This document shows, one piece after another, positions 16,534 to 25,726 of a DNA stretch of 43,243 nucleotides (positions are counted from its first letter, which is position 1; each line of letters begins with the position of its first letter). Below the pieces are notes generated by a model. The model was not told the origin of the DNA. It saw only the letters and a list, made by a program, of their open reading frames with translations, and searched no databases. The DNA is from Candidatus Falkowbacteria bacterium (GTDB lineage: Bacteria; Patescibacteriota; Patescibacteriia; Patescibacteriales; UBA12465), in NCBI GenBank assembly GCA_903937325.1, contig CAIZYV010000065.1:1-43243 (forward strand), given 5' to 3'. Made by a program: the position numbers and the translations under genes.

Positions 16534-17583
16534 TCACCACTGTTTATCCGCTAAAAAAATCATCAACCCTAAAACCGCACCTAAAGCGGAAATTACCCAA
16601 AAACGCATGACTATTTTTGCTTCCGACCAGCCAATAGCTTGAAAATGATGATGAATAGGAGAAGAGATAAATACTTTCTTGTGTCTTATCTTCTTGGATA
16701 ATATTTGAATGATGACAGATAAAGATTCCACTAAAAAAATAAAACCAATTAAAGGTAGAAGAAGGGCGCTATTAGTCAGCATCGCAATCACCCCCAAAGT
16801 AACACCTAAGCTCATAGCACCAGTATCACCCATATAGAAACGGGCGGGAGGAATATTAAACCACAAAAAAGCTAGTAAAGCGCCAATTATAACCCCGCAA
16901 AAAGCCGCTAATTCATAGCGACCCAAAACAAAGGCAATAATACCGTAAGCGGCAAAAGCAATCATCAAAGTGCCGCCGGCTAAACCATCAAGACCGTCTG
17001 TTTCGTTAACCGAAAAAGAAGTGGCCACAATGACAAAAATAAAAACCGGAATATACCACCAAGATATTTCGAAATTACCAAAAAAAGGTAAATGTAAGAC
17101 TGTCCAATCAAGTTTAAAATAGAACCATAAAGCGCCGGCAGTAGCAATAAGCGTATAGATCAAAAGGCGATGTTTTAATTTTAACCCCCCGCCACCAAAC
17201 ACGCCGTGGCCACTAACATCCAGCCAATCATCAATTAAGCCAATAATCGCACTAGCCACTAAAGCACCTAATGGTAATAAAGTTTCTGAACGTGAGAAAA
17301 AATTTAAATATTTAAAAATATCACCAGGCAGGACATCAGCTAAGAAAGAAAAAAGAACCATAAAAACTAAAACAGTCCCCCAAATAAGCAAGCCTCCCAT
17401 GGTTGGCGTGCCCGCTTTATGCGCATGCAATTTACTAAAAACTGGCGTTTCCCCATTATTACGTATCTGTTTACCCAACTTATATTTATATAAAAAGTTT
17501 GTCAGCGCCGGCGTACAAGCGATGGCAAAAATAAAAGCGAGAGTTGAAAGTAATAAAATTTTTACAATATAAAAAACCATCAT
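16534..17583 (-). CDS. mraY: Phospho-N-acetylmuramoyl-pentapeptide transferase
   Basis: KAGTPTMGG, IDDW, NETDGLDGL, FYMGDTG, PIHHHF. Confidence 0.97.
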   Translation of the reverse strand: MMVFYIVKILLLSTLAFIFAIACTPALTNFLYKYKLGKQIRNNGETPVFSKLHAHKAGTPTMGGLLIWGTVLVFMVLFSFLADVLPGDIFKYLNFFSRSETLLPLGALVASAIIGLIDDWLDVSGHGVFGGGGLKLKHRLLIYTLIATAGALWFYFKLDWTVLHLPFFGNFEISWWYIPVFIFVIVATSFSVNETDGLDGLAGGTLMIAFAAYGIIAFVLGRYELAAFCGVIIGALLAFLWFNIPPARFYMGDTGAMSLGVTLGVIAMLTNSALLLPLIGFIFLVESLSVIIQILSKKIRHKKVFISSPIHHHFQAIGWSEAKIVMRFWVISALGAVLGLMIFLADKQW

Positions 17584-17589
17584 ATAAAC

Positions 17590-18003
17590 TTAAGCGAGAA
17601 AATTAATCAAATAAACAGAAGTTAAGGCAGAAGCAGCCAGTAATTGAGAGAGTAAAGAGGCAAGACCAAAAGCATGAGCTAAAAAATGAAAATGCTCGCG
17701 CCGAGAAAAGAAAGTTAAAATGAAAAAATTAATAATTAAAACAGCCAAAGCTAACAGAGGTATATTAAAAGCTCGCCGAGAAGATCCGACAGAATCGATA
17801 CCGAAATCAACATTATAATGAGCTACAAAAAGATCACTGCCGATAACTACAAACAAACGATAAGCAAAAAACCACAACAAAATTTGTAATGACAAAGATA
17901 GCCAAAGATACCAATGATTAGGTCGATAATGCCAATAAACGACTAAAGCATCAGAAAAACGGCGACGAAGCGAATACCAACGGTTATAAAGAGAAAAATT
18001 CAT
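17590..18003 (-). CDS. Hypothetical membrane protein (about 3 TM, HYNVDFGID motif)
   Basis: Hydrophobic ORF ending 6 nt before mraY; likely ATG 18003. Confidence 0.75.
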   Translation of the reverse strand: MNFSLYNRWYSLRRRFSDALVVYWHYRPNHWYLWLSLSLQILLWFFAYRLFVVIGSDLFVAHYNVDFGIDSVGSSRRAFNIPLLALAVLIINFFILTFFSRREHFHFLAHAFGLASLLSQLLAASALTSVYLINFLA

Positions 18004-18081
18004 ATTTTTTAGAAAGTAGGCGAAATATTGGCCAGAAAAGGCCAAATGACCGAACAATAAGTCAATCGCAACTTTAAACTT

Positions 18082-18090
18082 ATTCTATCA
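18082..18090 (-). promoter_or_regulatory. Extended -10 promoter for the mraY-ftsW-murG-murC unit
   Basis: TGATAGAAT on the minus strand, in the divergent intergenic region. Confidence 0.45.
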
Positions 18091-18123
18091 TATTATCAAG
18101 CATTTTAAAAATCAAGCGGATAA

Positions 18124-18132
18124 TGATATAAT
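18124..18132 (+). promoter_or_regulatory. Extended -10 leaderless-type promoter
   Basis: TGATATAAT followed by exactly 6 nt (AAATTT), then ATG 18139. Confidence 0.65.
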
Positions 18133-18138
18133 AAATTT

Positions 18139-19257
18139 ATGCCTGAAAAAATAATCAAAACCCTTTGCCGCTATGCCCGTGCACACGGGCATGCTCACTT
18201 ACGCCTAGAAAAAAAAGGTGATCATTTGCTCTGCGTTTGCGGCCTCGGCCAAACAAGTGAATATTTACATCTTGATCGAAAAACAGAACATAATATCACA
18301 GAGACCTTCAGACGATTGGTTGGAGCGGCTGACAATGATTTATTTTCCGATAAACGCTTCAAAATAGCAGACAACAAGCAGCCGATCAGCGGTCGAGCCA
18401 CTCTTTTGCCCTATGATCAAGGAGAGAAACTTTTTATTACTCTCAGTACTGAAAAACCAGCCTTAAGACGTCTATCTGCTTTAGGCCTAAATCGTGAACA
18501 ACAAGCGCTTATTAAAACAAACTTAAAAAAGAAAAGCGGTTTGATTATTATTGCCGGCGGACCAGAAGAGGGCGCCAGCAGCACTTATTATTCCCTGCTC
18601 TCAATCATTGCTAGTAGCGGTGATCGCAGTATTTATTCCTTAGAAGATTATCCTGTTTTAGAAAATAAAGGTGTCAATACAATAAATCTGCGTAAATATA
18701 GCGATCCAAAAACAGCAATAGAAAAAGTCAATCATTTAGACAGTGAGGTTATTGGTATAGACGCTGCTCTACAAGTAGATGATATTAAAGCTCTATGGCA
18801 AAGCGCTCGCAGTGGCCGCTTGATCATTGCGACTTTACCGGTTGCGAGCGCCGCTCTAGCTGTCAAACTATTGCGCCAATCTGGTTTAAGCGCTGCCGAT
18901 ATCGCCTCTCAAATTATTTTTATCAGTGCCCAAAAATTATTTAAACGTCCTTGTCCGCGCTGCCTTCACATCTTCGACCCAGGACTGGAAATAAAGAAAA
19001 AAATAAATAAGCGTTGGCCGGCGGCCAATCTCTGCTGGCCAAAAAAATTATTTTATAATCGCGGTTGTTCTCTTTGCCAAAAAACTAATCGAGAATCAAA
19101 AACAGCCGTTTTTGAAATAATGCGCTTCTGGCCAGATGGACGTTTACAGGACGGTTATGAAGCAATGATTAAAGATGCCCTTGATAAAACCGGACTCGGC
19201 TTGATTAACATTGAGGAAATTGCCAACTGGGCGATGCAGACAACAAAAAAGATATGA
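18139..19257 (+). CDS. Degenerate PilB/GspE-family (T4P/T2SS) ATPase homologue
   Basis: Collinear remnants of the family: TLLPYDQGEKL, LSALGL, SGLIIIAGG, SIYSLED, SGRLIIATL, AQKLFKRPCPRC...GCSLC, AVFEIM. Catalytic motifs are altered. Confidence 0.85.
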   Translation: MPEKIIKTLCRYARAHGHAHLRLEKKGDHLLCVCGLGQTSEYLHLDRKTEHNITETFRRLVGAADNDLFSDKRFKIADNKQPISGRATLLPYDQGEKLFITLSTEKPALRRLSALGLNREQQALIKTNLKKKSGLIIIAGGPEEGASSTYYSLLSIIASSGDRSIYSLEDYPVLENKGVNTINLRKYSDPKTAIEKVNHLDSEVIGIDAALQVDDIKALWQSARSGRLIIATLPVASAALAVKLLRQSGLSAADIASQIIFISAQKLFKRPCPRCLHIFDPGLEIKKKINKRWPAANLCWPKKLFYNRGCSLCQKTNRESKTAVFEIMRFWPDGRLQDGYEAMIKDALDKTGLGLINIEEIANWAMQTTKKI

Positions 19258-19913
19258 AGATAGCCTGTGTTATCCCCGCTTATAATGAAGACCGGTATCT
19301 AAACACCGTGATAGCGAAAGTAAAAGCCTTTGTCGATTTTATTATAGTTGTCGATGACGGCTCAGATAAACGCGCAAGTGAACTGGCTCAAAAAGCCGGC
19401 GCTTTTGTATTAAGGCACATAATTAATCGCGGACAAGGAGCCGCCCTGCAAACAGGCAGTGACTACGCTTTGCAATTAGGAGCCGACATTATTGTCCATT
19501 TTGACGCCGATGATCAATTTGCCGCCGCCGAAATACCAGATATTATCGCCCCAATAATCAAAGGAGAAGCGGATATTGTCTTTGGTTCACGATTCTTAGG
19601 AAAAGAGTCAAATCTGCCATGGATAAAAAAATATTTAATCTGGCCTCTCGGCCGTTTAATTAACCGATTTTTTGGCGTTCACACCAGCGATCCACAAAGT
19701 GGTTTTAGGGCCTACACCAAAGAAGTAGCAGAAAGTTTTCGCATCGAAAATGACCGAATGGCTCATTGCAGCGAAATTTTAATCAAACTCGGTCGCGGTC
19801 GTTGGCGCTTTAAAGAAGTACCAATAACAGTCACTTATCACGAATATGGGCAAAAATTCTCTGGCGGCATCCGTATTCTCAAAGATCTTTTCATTCAAAA
19901 AATAAATCAATAA
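19254..19913 (+). CDS. GT2 glycosyltransferase (DPM1/polyprenol-phosphate glycosyltransferase-like)
   Basis: VIPAYNE, VDDGS, NRGQGAAL, FDADDQ, FGSRF, DPQSGFRA. Confidence 0.92.
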   Translation: MKIACVIPAYNEDRYLNTVIAKVKAFVDFIIVVDDGSDKRASELAQKAGAFVLRHIINRGQGAALQTGSDYALQLGADIIVHFDADDQFAAAEIPDIIAPIIKGEADIVFGSRFLGKESNLPWIKKYLIWPLGRLINRFFGVHTSDPQSGFRAYTKEVAESFRIENDRMAHCSEILIKLGRGRWRFKEVPITVTYHEYGQKFSGGIRILKDLFIQKINQ

Positions 19914-19937
19914 ATAGTAAAAAATAACCCTAATATT

Positions 19938-20255
19938 ATGCTGCAGCAAAGCATCGCCCTCATCTTTATAGCCATTTTTATCTGGCGCTTATTTACGCAA
20001 AGAAAAAAACAAACAATCAACAACAACGAATTTATTTTTTGGTTAGCCTTCTGGTTGATTGGTGCTTTGGCTATTATTTTCATTCGATTACTGGACAAAC
20101 TACTTATCACTGCTGGTTTTTCTGGTTCCGGTATTAATTTCTTGCTCTATCTTGCCGTTATTACTTTATTTTATTTAATTTTTAAATTACGTTTAAAAAT
20201 AAGCAAATTAGAAAAGAGCTTAACTGATTTAGTGCGCGAACTTGCCCTTAAATAA
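19938..20255 (+). CDS. DUF2304-like small membrane protein
   Basis: 105 aa, 3 TM, FWLAFW and C-terminal KLEKSLTDLVRELAL; typical partner downstream of DPM1-like GT2 genes. Confidence 0.8.
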   Translation: MLQQSIALIFIAIFIWRLFTQRKKQTINNNEFIFWLAFWLIGALAIIFIRLLDKLLITAGFSGSGINFLLYLAVITLFYLIFKLRLKISKLEKSLTDLVRELALK

Positions 20256-20277
20256 TAACGCTAAAAAGACAATCGCT

Positions 20278-21450
20278 ATGAAAATCGCCCAAATTGTCTG
20301 TGCTTTTCCACCCTATGCCGGCGGCATTGGTCAAAGCGCTTATCGTCTTGGAGAAATCTTAAGTCGCGAACATCAAGTGAGCACTTTTACTCTCGCCCCT
20401 GATGACGGGAAATTACCGTCCGCGCCTTTAGGTGTACAACGCGTATTTTTTTTACGCCCAAAAATTCGTTTTGGCCACGGCGCCCTACCTTTAAGTCTAC
20501 CCTTCCGATTGCTTTCTTACGATTTACTTTATTTGCACTATCCTTTTTTTGGCACCGATGCTTTAATTCTATTACTTACAAGACTGAAGAAAAAACAACG
20601 CCTAATTATTCACTATCACATGGATACGCCGGCACTACCAGGCATAAAAAAGATACTAGCGGCTCCTTCGCGCTTTCTCTTAAAAAGTTTGATAAAAAGA
20701 GCAGAAAAAATTATTGTCAGCAGCCGTGATTATGCCGAAAATGGTCAACTAGCCAAAAGCGCCGCTCTTTATCCAGAAAAAATAAAAGCTATCCCTTTCG
20801 GAATAGAAACAGAAGTCTTCCGCCCAAAAATAAAAACTCAAAGCCAGAATATTGCCAAACAAGCGACCGATATAATTGATTTTGTAACCAGGCGTTTTAT
20901 AAAGAGGGGCGGACATGTTTTGCTTTTTGTCGGAGGCTTGGATAATGCTCATTATTTTAAAGGCTTGAATATTCTTCTGCGCGCCATACCATTAGTGAAA
21001 GCGCCGATAAGTCTTAATATTATCGGTGACGGCGATCTGCGTCCAAATTATGAAAAAGAGGTGGCGACGTACGGATTAAAACAAAAAGTGCGCTTCCTCG
21101 GAAGAGTCAGCGAGGAAGAGTTGATCAGACAATATCAGAGCGCGGATCTCCTAATTTTACCTTCAATAAATAAACATGAAGCTTTCGGCCTAGTACTAAT
21201 TGAAGCAATGTCTTGCGGCCTGCCTCTTATCGCCAGCAACTTGCCTGGTATGCGCAGTGTTTTTAATGATGGAGAACAAGGCCTGTACTGCAAAGCGGGT
21301 GATGTTGATGATTTAGCAGAAAAAATAAGCTCATTAGTACAAGATGAAAAAAGACGCCAGCAAATGGCAAAAGCAGCCAGAGCCCTAGCTCAAGAAAAAT
21401 ACGCCTGGGAAAAAATCGCCGATAAAATTTTAGATGAATTTTCCGAATAG
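20278..21450 (+). CDS. GT4 glycosyltransferase
   Basis: MKIAQIVCAFPPYAGGI, KGL, EAFGLVLIEAM (EX7E). Likely start ATG 20278. Confidence 0.92.
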   Translation: MKIAQIVCAFPPYAGGIGQSAYRLGEILSREHQVSTFTLAPDDGKLPSAPLGVQRVFFLRPKIRFGHGALPLSLPFRLLSYDLLYLHYPFFGTDALILLLTRLKKKQRLIIHYHMDTPALPGIKKILAAPSRFLLKSLIKRAEKIIVSSRDYAENGQLAKSAALYPEKIKAIPFGIETEVFRPKIKTQSQNIAKQATDIIDFVTRRFIKRGGHVLLFVGGLDNAHYFKGLNILLRAIPLVKAPISLNIIGDGDLRPNYEKEVATYGLKQKVRFLGRVSEEELIRQYQSADLLILPSINKHEAFGLVLIEAMSCGLPLIASNLPGMRSVFNDGEQGLYCKAGDVDDLAEKISSLVQDEKRRQQMAKAARALAQEKYAWEKIADKILDEFSE

Positions 21451-21458
21451 AAACAAAT

Positions 21459-22517
21459 ATGATTATTGGAATAGCTAACAACCTATATCCTCCTTACGGC
21501 CGCGGTAGCGGCGCTGAAGTTATTGTAATTAAAACAGTGCAAGAATTACGCGCCGCCGGACATGAAGTATTTGTCATCAGCACAAAACCGTTAAAATCAA
21601 AACAAGAAGACAGCAGCGACTGTTATTATTTTACTTCGGCTTATCATTCTTTAGCTTCTTGGTCGCCATTCAAAAAAATGGCTTGGCATTGCCAGCAATT
21701 ACTCTTCTCTGGAAACAGGCGACGCCTGAATAAAATTTTAAAAGAAAGACGGCCAGATCTATTTGTTACTCATAATCTCATTGGCCTGGGCTTCAGCTTA
21801 CCAAGCTTATTATTTAAACTCCATATCAGACACGAACACATTTTACATGATATACAATTACTCCACCCTTCAGGTTTAATGTATTTCGGCCAAGAAAAAA
21901 TAATTTGTTCCCCGCTCGCTCGCTTTTACCAATTTTTCACACGACGCGCCTTCAAGAAAGCCGATTTAATTATTTCGCCTTCTCGCTGGCTTTTGAACAC
22001 GCATCAAGAAAGAGGTTTCTTCAAAAAACAGGAGAGTCGAATACAAAAAAATTTTCAGCTCGACAAACCAATAAAAAAAGAACCGAAACAGCCTCTAAAT
22101 TTTCTTTTTACTGGCCAGCTGGAAAAGCATAAAGGCATAGACATGCTGCTACGCGCTTGGCAGGAAGCTTCTCTACCGGAAGCCAAACTCAGTATTGCTG
22201 GCGGAGGCTCTTTAGCAAAGATGGTAGCGGAACAAGCGGAAAAGCAAACCAATATCCACTATCTCGGCTATCTTGACCGCGAAGGAATAGATCAAGCTCT
22301 GCAGAAAGCTGATATTATTATCGTACCCTCTTTAGTCTATGAAAATTCTCCCACCAGCCTTTGGGAAGCCGCTGCTCGAGGACTATGCGCTATTGCCTCT
22401 GATATCGGTGGTATACCGGAAATGAAAGACGAGCTTCACCTCACCCTGTTTCCGCCCGGAAACTTACAAGCTTTAATAGCCGCCATTAAAGAAGCGGCCG
22501 ACAAAAAAAATAAATGA
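21459..22517 (+). CDS. GT4 glycosyltransferase
   Basis: NNLYPPYGRGSGAE, GQLEKHKG, YENSPTSLWEA (EX7E), SDIGGIPE. Confidence 0.9.
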   Translation: MIIGIANNLYPPYGRGSGAEVIVIKTVQELRAAGHEVFVISTKPLKSKQEDSSDCYYFTSAYHSLASWSPFKKMAWHCQQLLFSGNRRRLNKILKERRPDLFVTHNLIGLGFSLPSLLFKLHIRHEHILHDIQLLHPSGLMYFGQEKIICSPLARFYQFFTRRAFKKADLIISPSRWLLNTHQERGFFKKQESRIQKNFQLDKPIKKEPKQPLNFLFTGQLEKHKGIDMLLRAWQEASLPEAKLSIAGGGSLAKMVAEQAEKQTNIHYLGYLDREGIDQALQKADIIIVPSLVYENSPTSLWEAAARGLCAIASDIGGIPEMKDELHLTLFPPGNLQALIAAIKEAADKKNK

Positions 22518-22524
22518 CAAACAA

Positions 22525-22555
22525 TAAACGCCGCCACAAAAAGTGACGGCGTTTA
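22525..22555. terminator. Bidirectional terminator between convergent genes
   Basis: TAAACGCCG-CCAC-AAAAA-GTGA-CGGCGTTTA inverted repeat. Confidence 0.75.
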
Positions 22556-22575
22556 AAAAACTAAACAAATATTGA

Positions 22576-23598
22576 TTAAGACTGAAAACCGCGCAGACGC
22601 TTCTGGGCTTGTAAAGAAAAAATTGTTTTCTTTAAACCATTTTCTAGCGTCACAACCGGCATCCAATTCAAAGATTCTTTAGCTAAAGAAATATTAGGCA
22701 AAACCAACTCACTAATAAAAAGACGGCTGTCAGCATAAATTATTTTCGATTCAGAATTTGTTTCTCGAATAATCATCATCGCTAAATCGGTGAAATTAAC
22801 ATCAACATCGGAACCGATATTTATCGGCCCAGCCTGTTTTGAATCCATAAATTTCAGCGCTGCATCAATAACATCTTCAATATAACAGAAAGAAGAAGAA
22901 AAACGATCATCGCCAAAAATACACAAATCTTTGCCGTCTAAAGCATTATTAATAAAATCAGGAATCATTTGATCATCATTAAGTTCCATCCGCGGACCAT
23001 AAACCCGAAAAAGTCTAATTATTTTAGTATCTAACTGAAAAATATCGCGATAGTTACTAATTAAAGTCTCGGCAAAGCGCTTGCCCTCATCATAAGAGCT
23101 GCGCGCCGATAAATGATCAAAAGAACCAAGTTCATTTTCATCAACTTTGCGATCAAAATCCTCAACAGAACGGGGACCGTAAACAACCGAAGAAGAAAAG
23201 TGCAGGAATTTCGCTTTTGTTGCTACCGCAAGATTTAATAAATTAACTAAGCCCACAGAATTAACTGCTAAAGTTGCCAGGCGATTATCTAAAAAATAAC
23301 GCGGTGACATCGGGCAAGCTAAATTATATATTTCCTGCAAGCCCTGAAATTCCAGCTTAAATTTTTTCAATTCCGGTAAATTAAGCCAATCGATTGTTTT
23401 TGTTATATCCTGATTAATAAAAACAAAATCGGAATTAGAAAGAAGATGGTCAATATTGCCCTCACTGCCGGTAGAAAAATTATCGACACAAATTACCTTG
23501 CAGGTCTTAAGCAATTCATCGCACAAATGCGAGCCGATAAAACCGGCGCCACCGGCGACCAACACATTTTTCTTGTCAAAAATTACTTGTTTAGACAT
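22576..23598 (-). CDS. NAD-dependent epimerase/dehydratase, UDP-glucuronate decarboxylase (UXS)-like
   Basis: GGAGFIGSHL, NLACPMSP, YDEGKRFAE, YGPRM. Likely start ATG 23598 (MSKQVIF). Confidence 0.85.
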   Translation of the reverse strand: MSKQVIFDKKNVLVAGGAGFIGSHLCDELLKTCKVICVDNFSTGSEGNIDHLLSNSDFVFINQDITKTIDWLNLPELKKFKLEFQGLQEIYNLACPMSPRYFLDNRLATLAVNSVGLVNLLNLAVATKAKFLHFSSSVVYGPRSVEDFDRKVDENELGSFDHLSARSSYDEGKRFAETLISNYRDIFQLDTKIIRLFRVYGPRMELNDDQMIPDFINNALDGKDLCIFGDDRFSSSFCYIEDVIDAALKFMDSKQAGPINIGSDVDVNFTDLAMMIIRETNSESKIIYADSRLFISELVLPNISLAKESLNWMPVVTLENGLKKTIFSLQAQKRLRGFQS

Positions 23599-23602
23599 AT
23601 TA

Positions 23603-25630
23603 TTAATTAATAAAGTCGAAAATGCCGACATTGACACCGCCGGTAAAATCAACAGCAAAAGCATAAAAAGATTCTTTGAGCTCACCTAGGCCACTAAAAA
23701 CGCGGACATGAGGAGTGGCCCCAGGACGAGTACCCACCACGATATCCGCCCGACCATCGTTATCTAAATCACCAGCGGCCACATTAACGCCTCCTTGCCA
23801 ATTACGGCCATAGACCAAAAAAGATTTTTTTAATACGGCTTTATTGGAAAATATTTTTAAAAGTGGTTCTCTGCCCGGGCCAGGAGCAACAATAATTTCC
23901 GCCTTATTACGATCCGCTCGACCATCAAGATTTGCTACTGCTACTTGAACGCCTCCACGAAAACTTTTTTCAAAAGCTAAAAATTGACCCTGTAAATAGC
24001 CACGGCGATCAAAAATTTTAATATCGGAAGAGCCTCCCTGACCACGCCCGACAACAATTTCCGCCGCACCTTGGCCATCTATATTACCGGCGGCAACGTT
24101 AACTCCGCCACGAAAACTTTCTTCAAAAGCAAAAAATTGTCCTTTCAGGCGACCCTTATGATCAAAGATACGGACATGGGGACCACCGCCAGCACCAGCG
24201 CCAACAATAATTTCCGCCAAACCATCATCATTTACATCAGCCAGGGCTAAGCTAAAACCGCCTTTAAAACGGCGATCAAAAACTAAGAAACGGCCACGAT
24301 GCTTGCCATCCGGACCATAGATATCAACGAAAGGTTCTTGACCGGCAGAAGCAGCTATCACCAATTCACTTTCATTATTACCATCAACGTCACCGGAAGC
24401 AAAAACACCATTACTAAAAAGATTTAAAGAGCGGCGCTCTAAAATAATACCACTTTTATCACTGATTATTATCTCCGAACTACTAGCAGCCACTACTGGA
24501 CTAAAAACTAAACGGCCAAGGCGAGCATACAAACGCTCCTGAGCAGCGGACAAAGCACGATCAAGATTTATACGACCAGAACCCAATTGACTCAAATAGG
24601 TGGGATTAAGTCGGCTAATATTGTCAGTCGACTGCAACAAAACGGTCACAATTTCCGTTGGACTAAGTTGAGGATTAATTTCCGCTATTAAAGCCAAGGA
24701 ACCGCTGATAACTGGAGCAGCCATAGAAGTCCCTGACCAAAAGCCATCATAATATTTATCTCTTTCTTTAGGGTTGCCGCCGTAAGTTATGGTGCTAAAA
24801 AAACTAACCCCTGGAGCAGCAATATCGACACATTTAAAACCATAGCTGGAAAAATCAGCTTTTTGATCTAAAGCATCAGTAGCTGCCACACCAATTACCA
24901 TATTCTCTCCGTTCTTACCGTCATAACAAGCCGGATAAATCGGATTTTTATCAGTATTATAGCCTTCGCCATCAGACTGCTCATTACCAGCGGCAGCAAC
25001 AACAATCACTCCAGCGTCATAAGCGCGCTGGATGGCATCTTGTAGAGCTTGGCTGTAACTAAAACCGACAAAGCTTAAATTAATAATATCAGCGCCATTA
25101 TGAACGGCGTAATCAATAGCGCGAACCACAGCGCCAATACGCCCCTCACCGCGGTCATTTAAGGCTCGTAAAGACATGAGTTTCGCCCGCCAAGTTAAAC
25201 CGGTAATTCCCTGCCGATTATTGCCAGTAGCCGCAATAATGCCGGCAACCATCGTGCCGTGAGAAATACCAGATTCTGTCCAATTGTCATCAAACTTAGG
25301 TGAAGGGTCAGGAATATTTTGTACAAAATCCCAGCCGTTTATATCGTCAATAAAACCATTACGATCGTCATCAATTTTATTGCCAACCACTTCACGCTCA
25401 TTAATCCAGATATTATCTTTTAAATCAGGATGATTCGTTTGTACGCCAGCATCAACAACGGCAATAATAATATCAGGACTGCGATTAATTTTTTCCCAAG
25501 CCGCCGGCGCTTTAATACGAGCAAGATACCACTGCTGATTATAGTAATAATCATTAGGCAAAAAGCTGGCTCCGGCAACCGGAACCACAAGAAATAAAAA
25601 TGCAAAAAAAGATGCCACGAATCGTTTCAT
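23603..25630 (-). CDS. Secreted S8 (subtilisin-like) serine protease with C-terminal FG-GAP-like repeats
   Basis: Signal peptide; triad VVDAG / SHGTMVAG / GTSMAAP; AAAGN; repeated GGV.VA.GD.DGDG.AEIIV units. Confidence 0.92.
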   Translation of the reverse strand: MKRFVASFFAFLFLVVPVAGASFLPNDYYYNQQWYLARIKAPAAWEKINRSPDIIIAVVDAGVQTNHPDLKDNIWINEREVVGNKIDDDRNGFIDDINGWDFVQNIPDPSPKFDDNWTESGISHGTMVAGIIAATGNNRQGITGLTWRAKLMSLRALNDRGEGRIGAVVRAIDYAVHNGADIINLSFVGFSYSQALQDAIQRAYDAGVIVVAAAGNEQSDGEGYNTDKNPIYPACYDGKNGENMVIGVAATDALDQKADFSSYGFKCVDIAAPGVSFFSTITYGGNPKERDKYYDGFWSGTSMAAPVISGSLALIAEINPQLSPTEIVTVLLQSTDNISRLNPTYLSQLGSGRINLDRALSAAQERLYARLGRLVFSPVVAASSSEIIISDKSGIILERRSLNLFSNGVFASGDVDGNNESELVIAASAGQEPFVDIYGPDGKHRGRFLVFDRRFKGGFSLALADVNDDGLAEIIVGAGAGGGPHVRIFDHKGRLKGQFFAFEESFRGGVNVAAGNIDGQGAAEIVVGRGQGGSSDIKIFDRRGYLQGQFLAFEKSFRGGVQVAVANLDGRADRNKAEIIVAPGPGREPLLKIFSNKAVLKKSFLVYGRNWQGGVNVAAGDLDNDGRADIVVGTRPGATPHVRVFSGLGELKESFYAFAVDFTGGVNVGIFDFIN

Positions 25631-25726
25631 AACATCTCCATCATAACATATTTGCCTATTTATTCAAAGATTTTTTCCGACCTTATAATATATTTATCTC
25701 TCTTATAATAACAGGTATTTATCGTC

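Noticed and set aside
23700..24420. Repeated DNA in the protease 3' region as CRISPR or DGR repeats
   Set aside because: Degenerate in-frame protein repeats; no identical repeats with spacers, no cas or reverse transcriptase gene.
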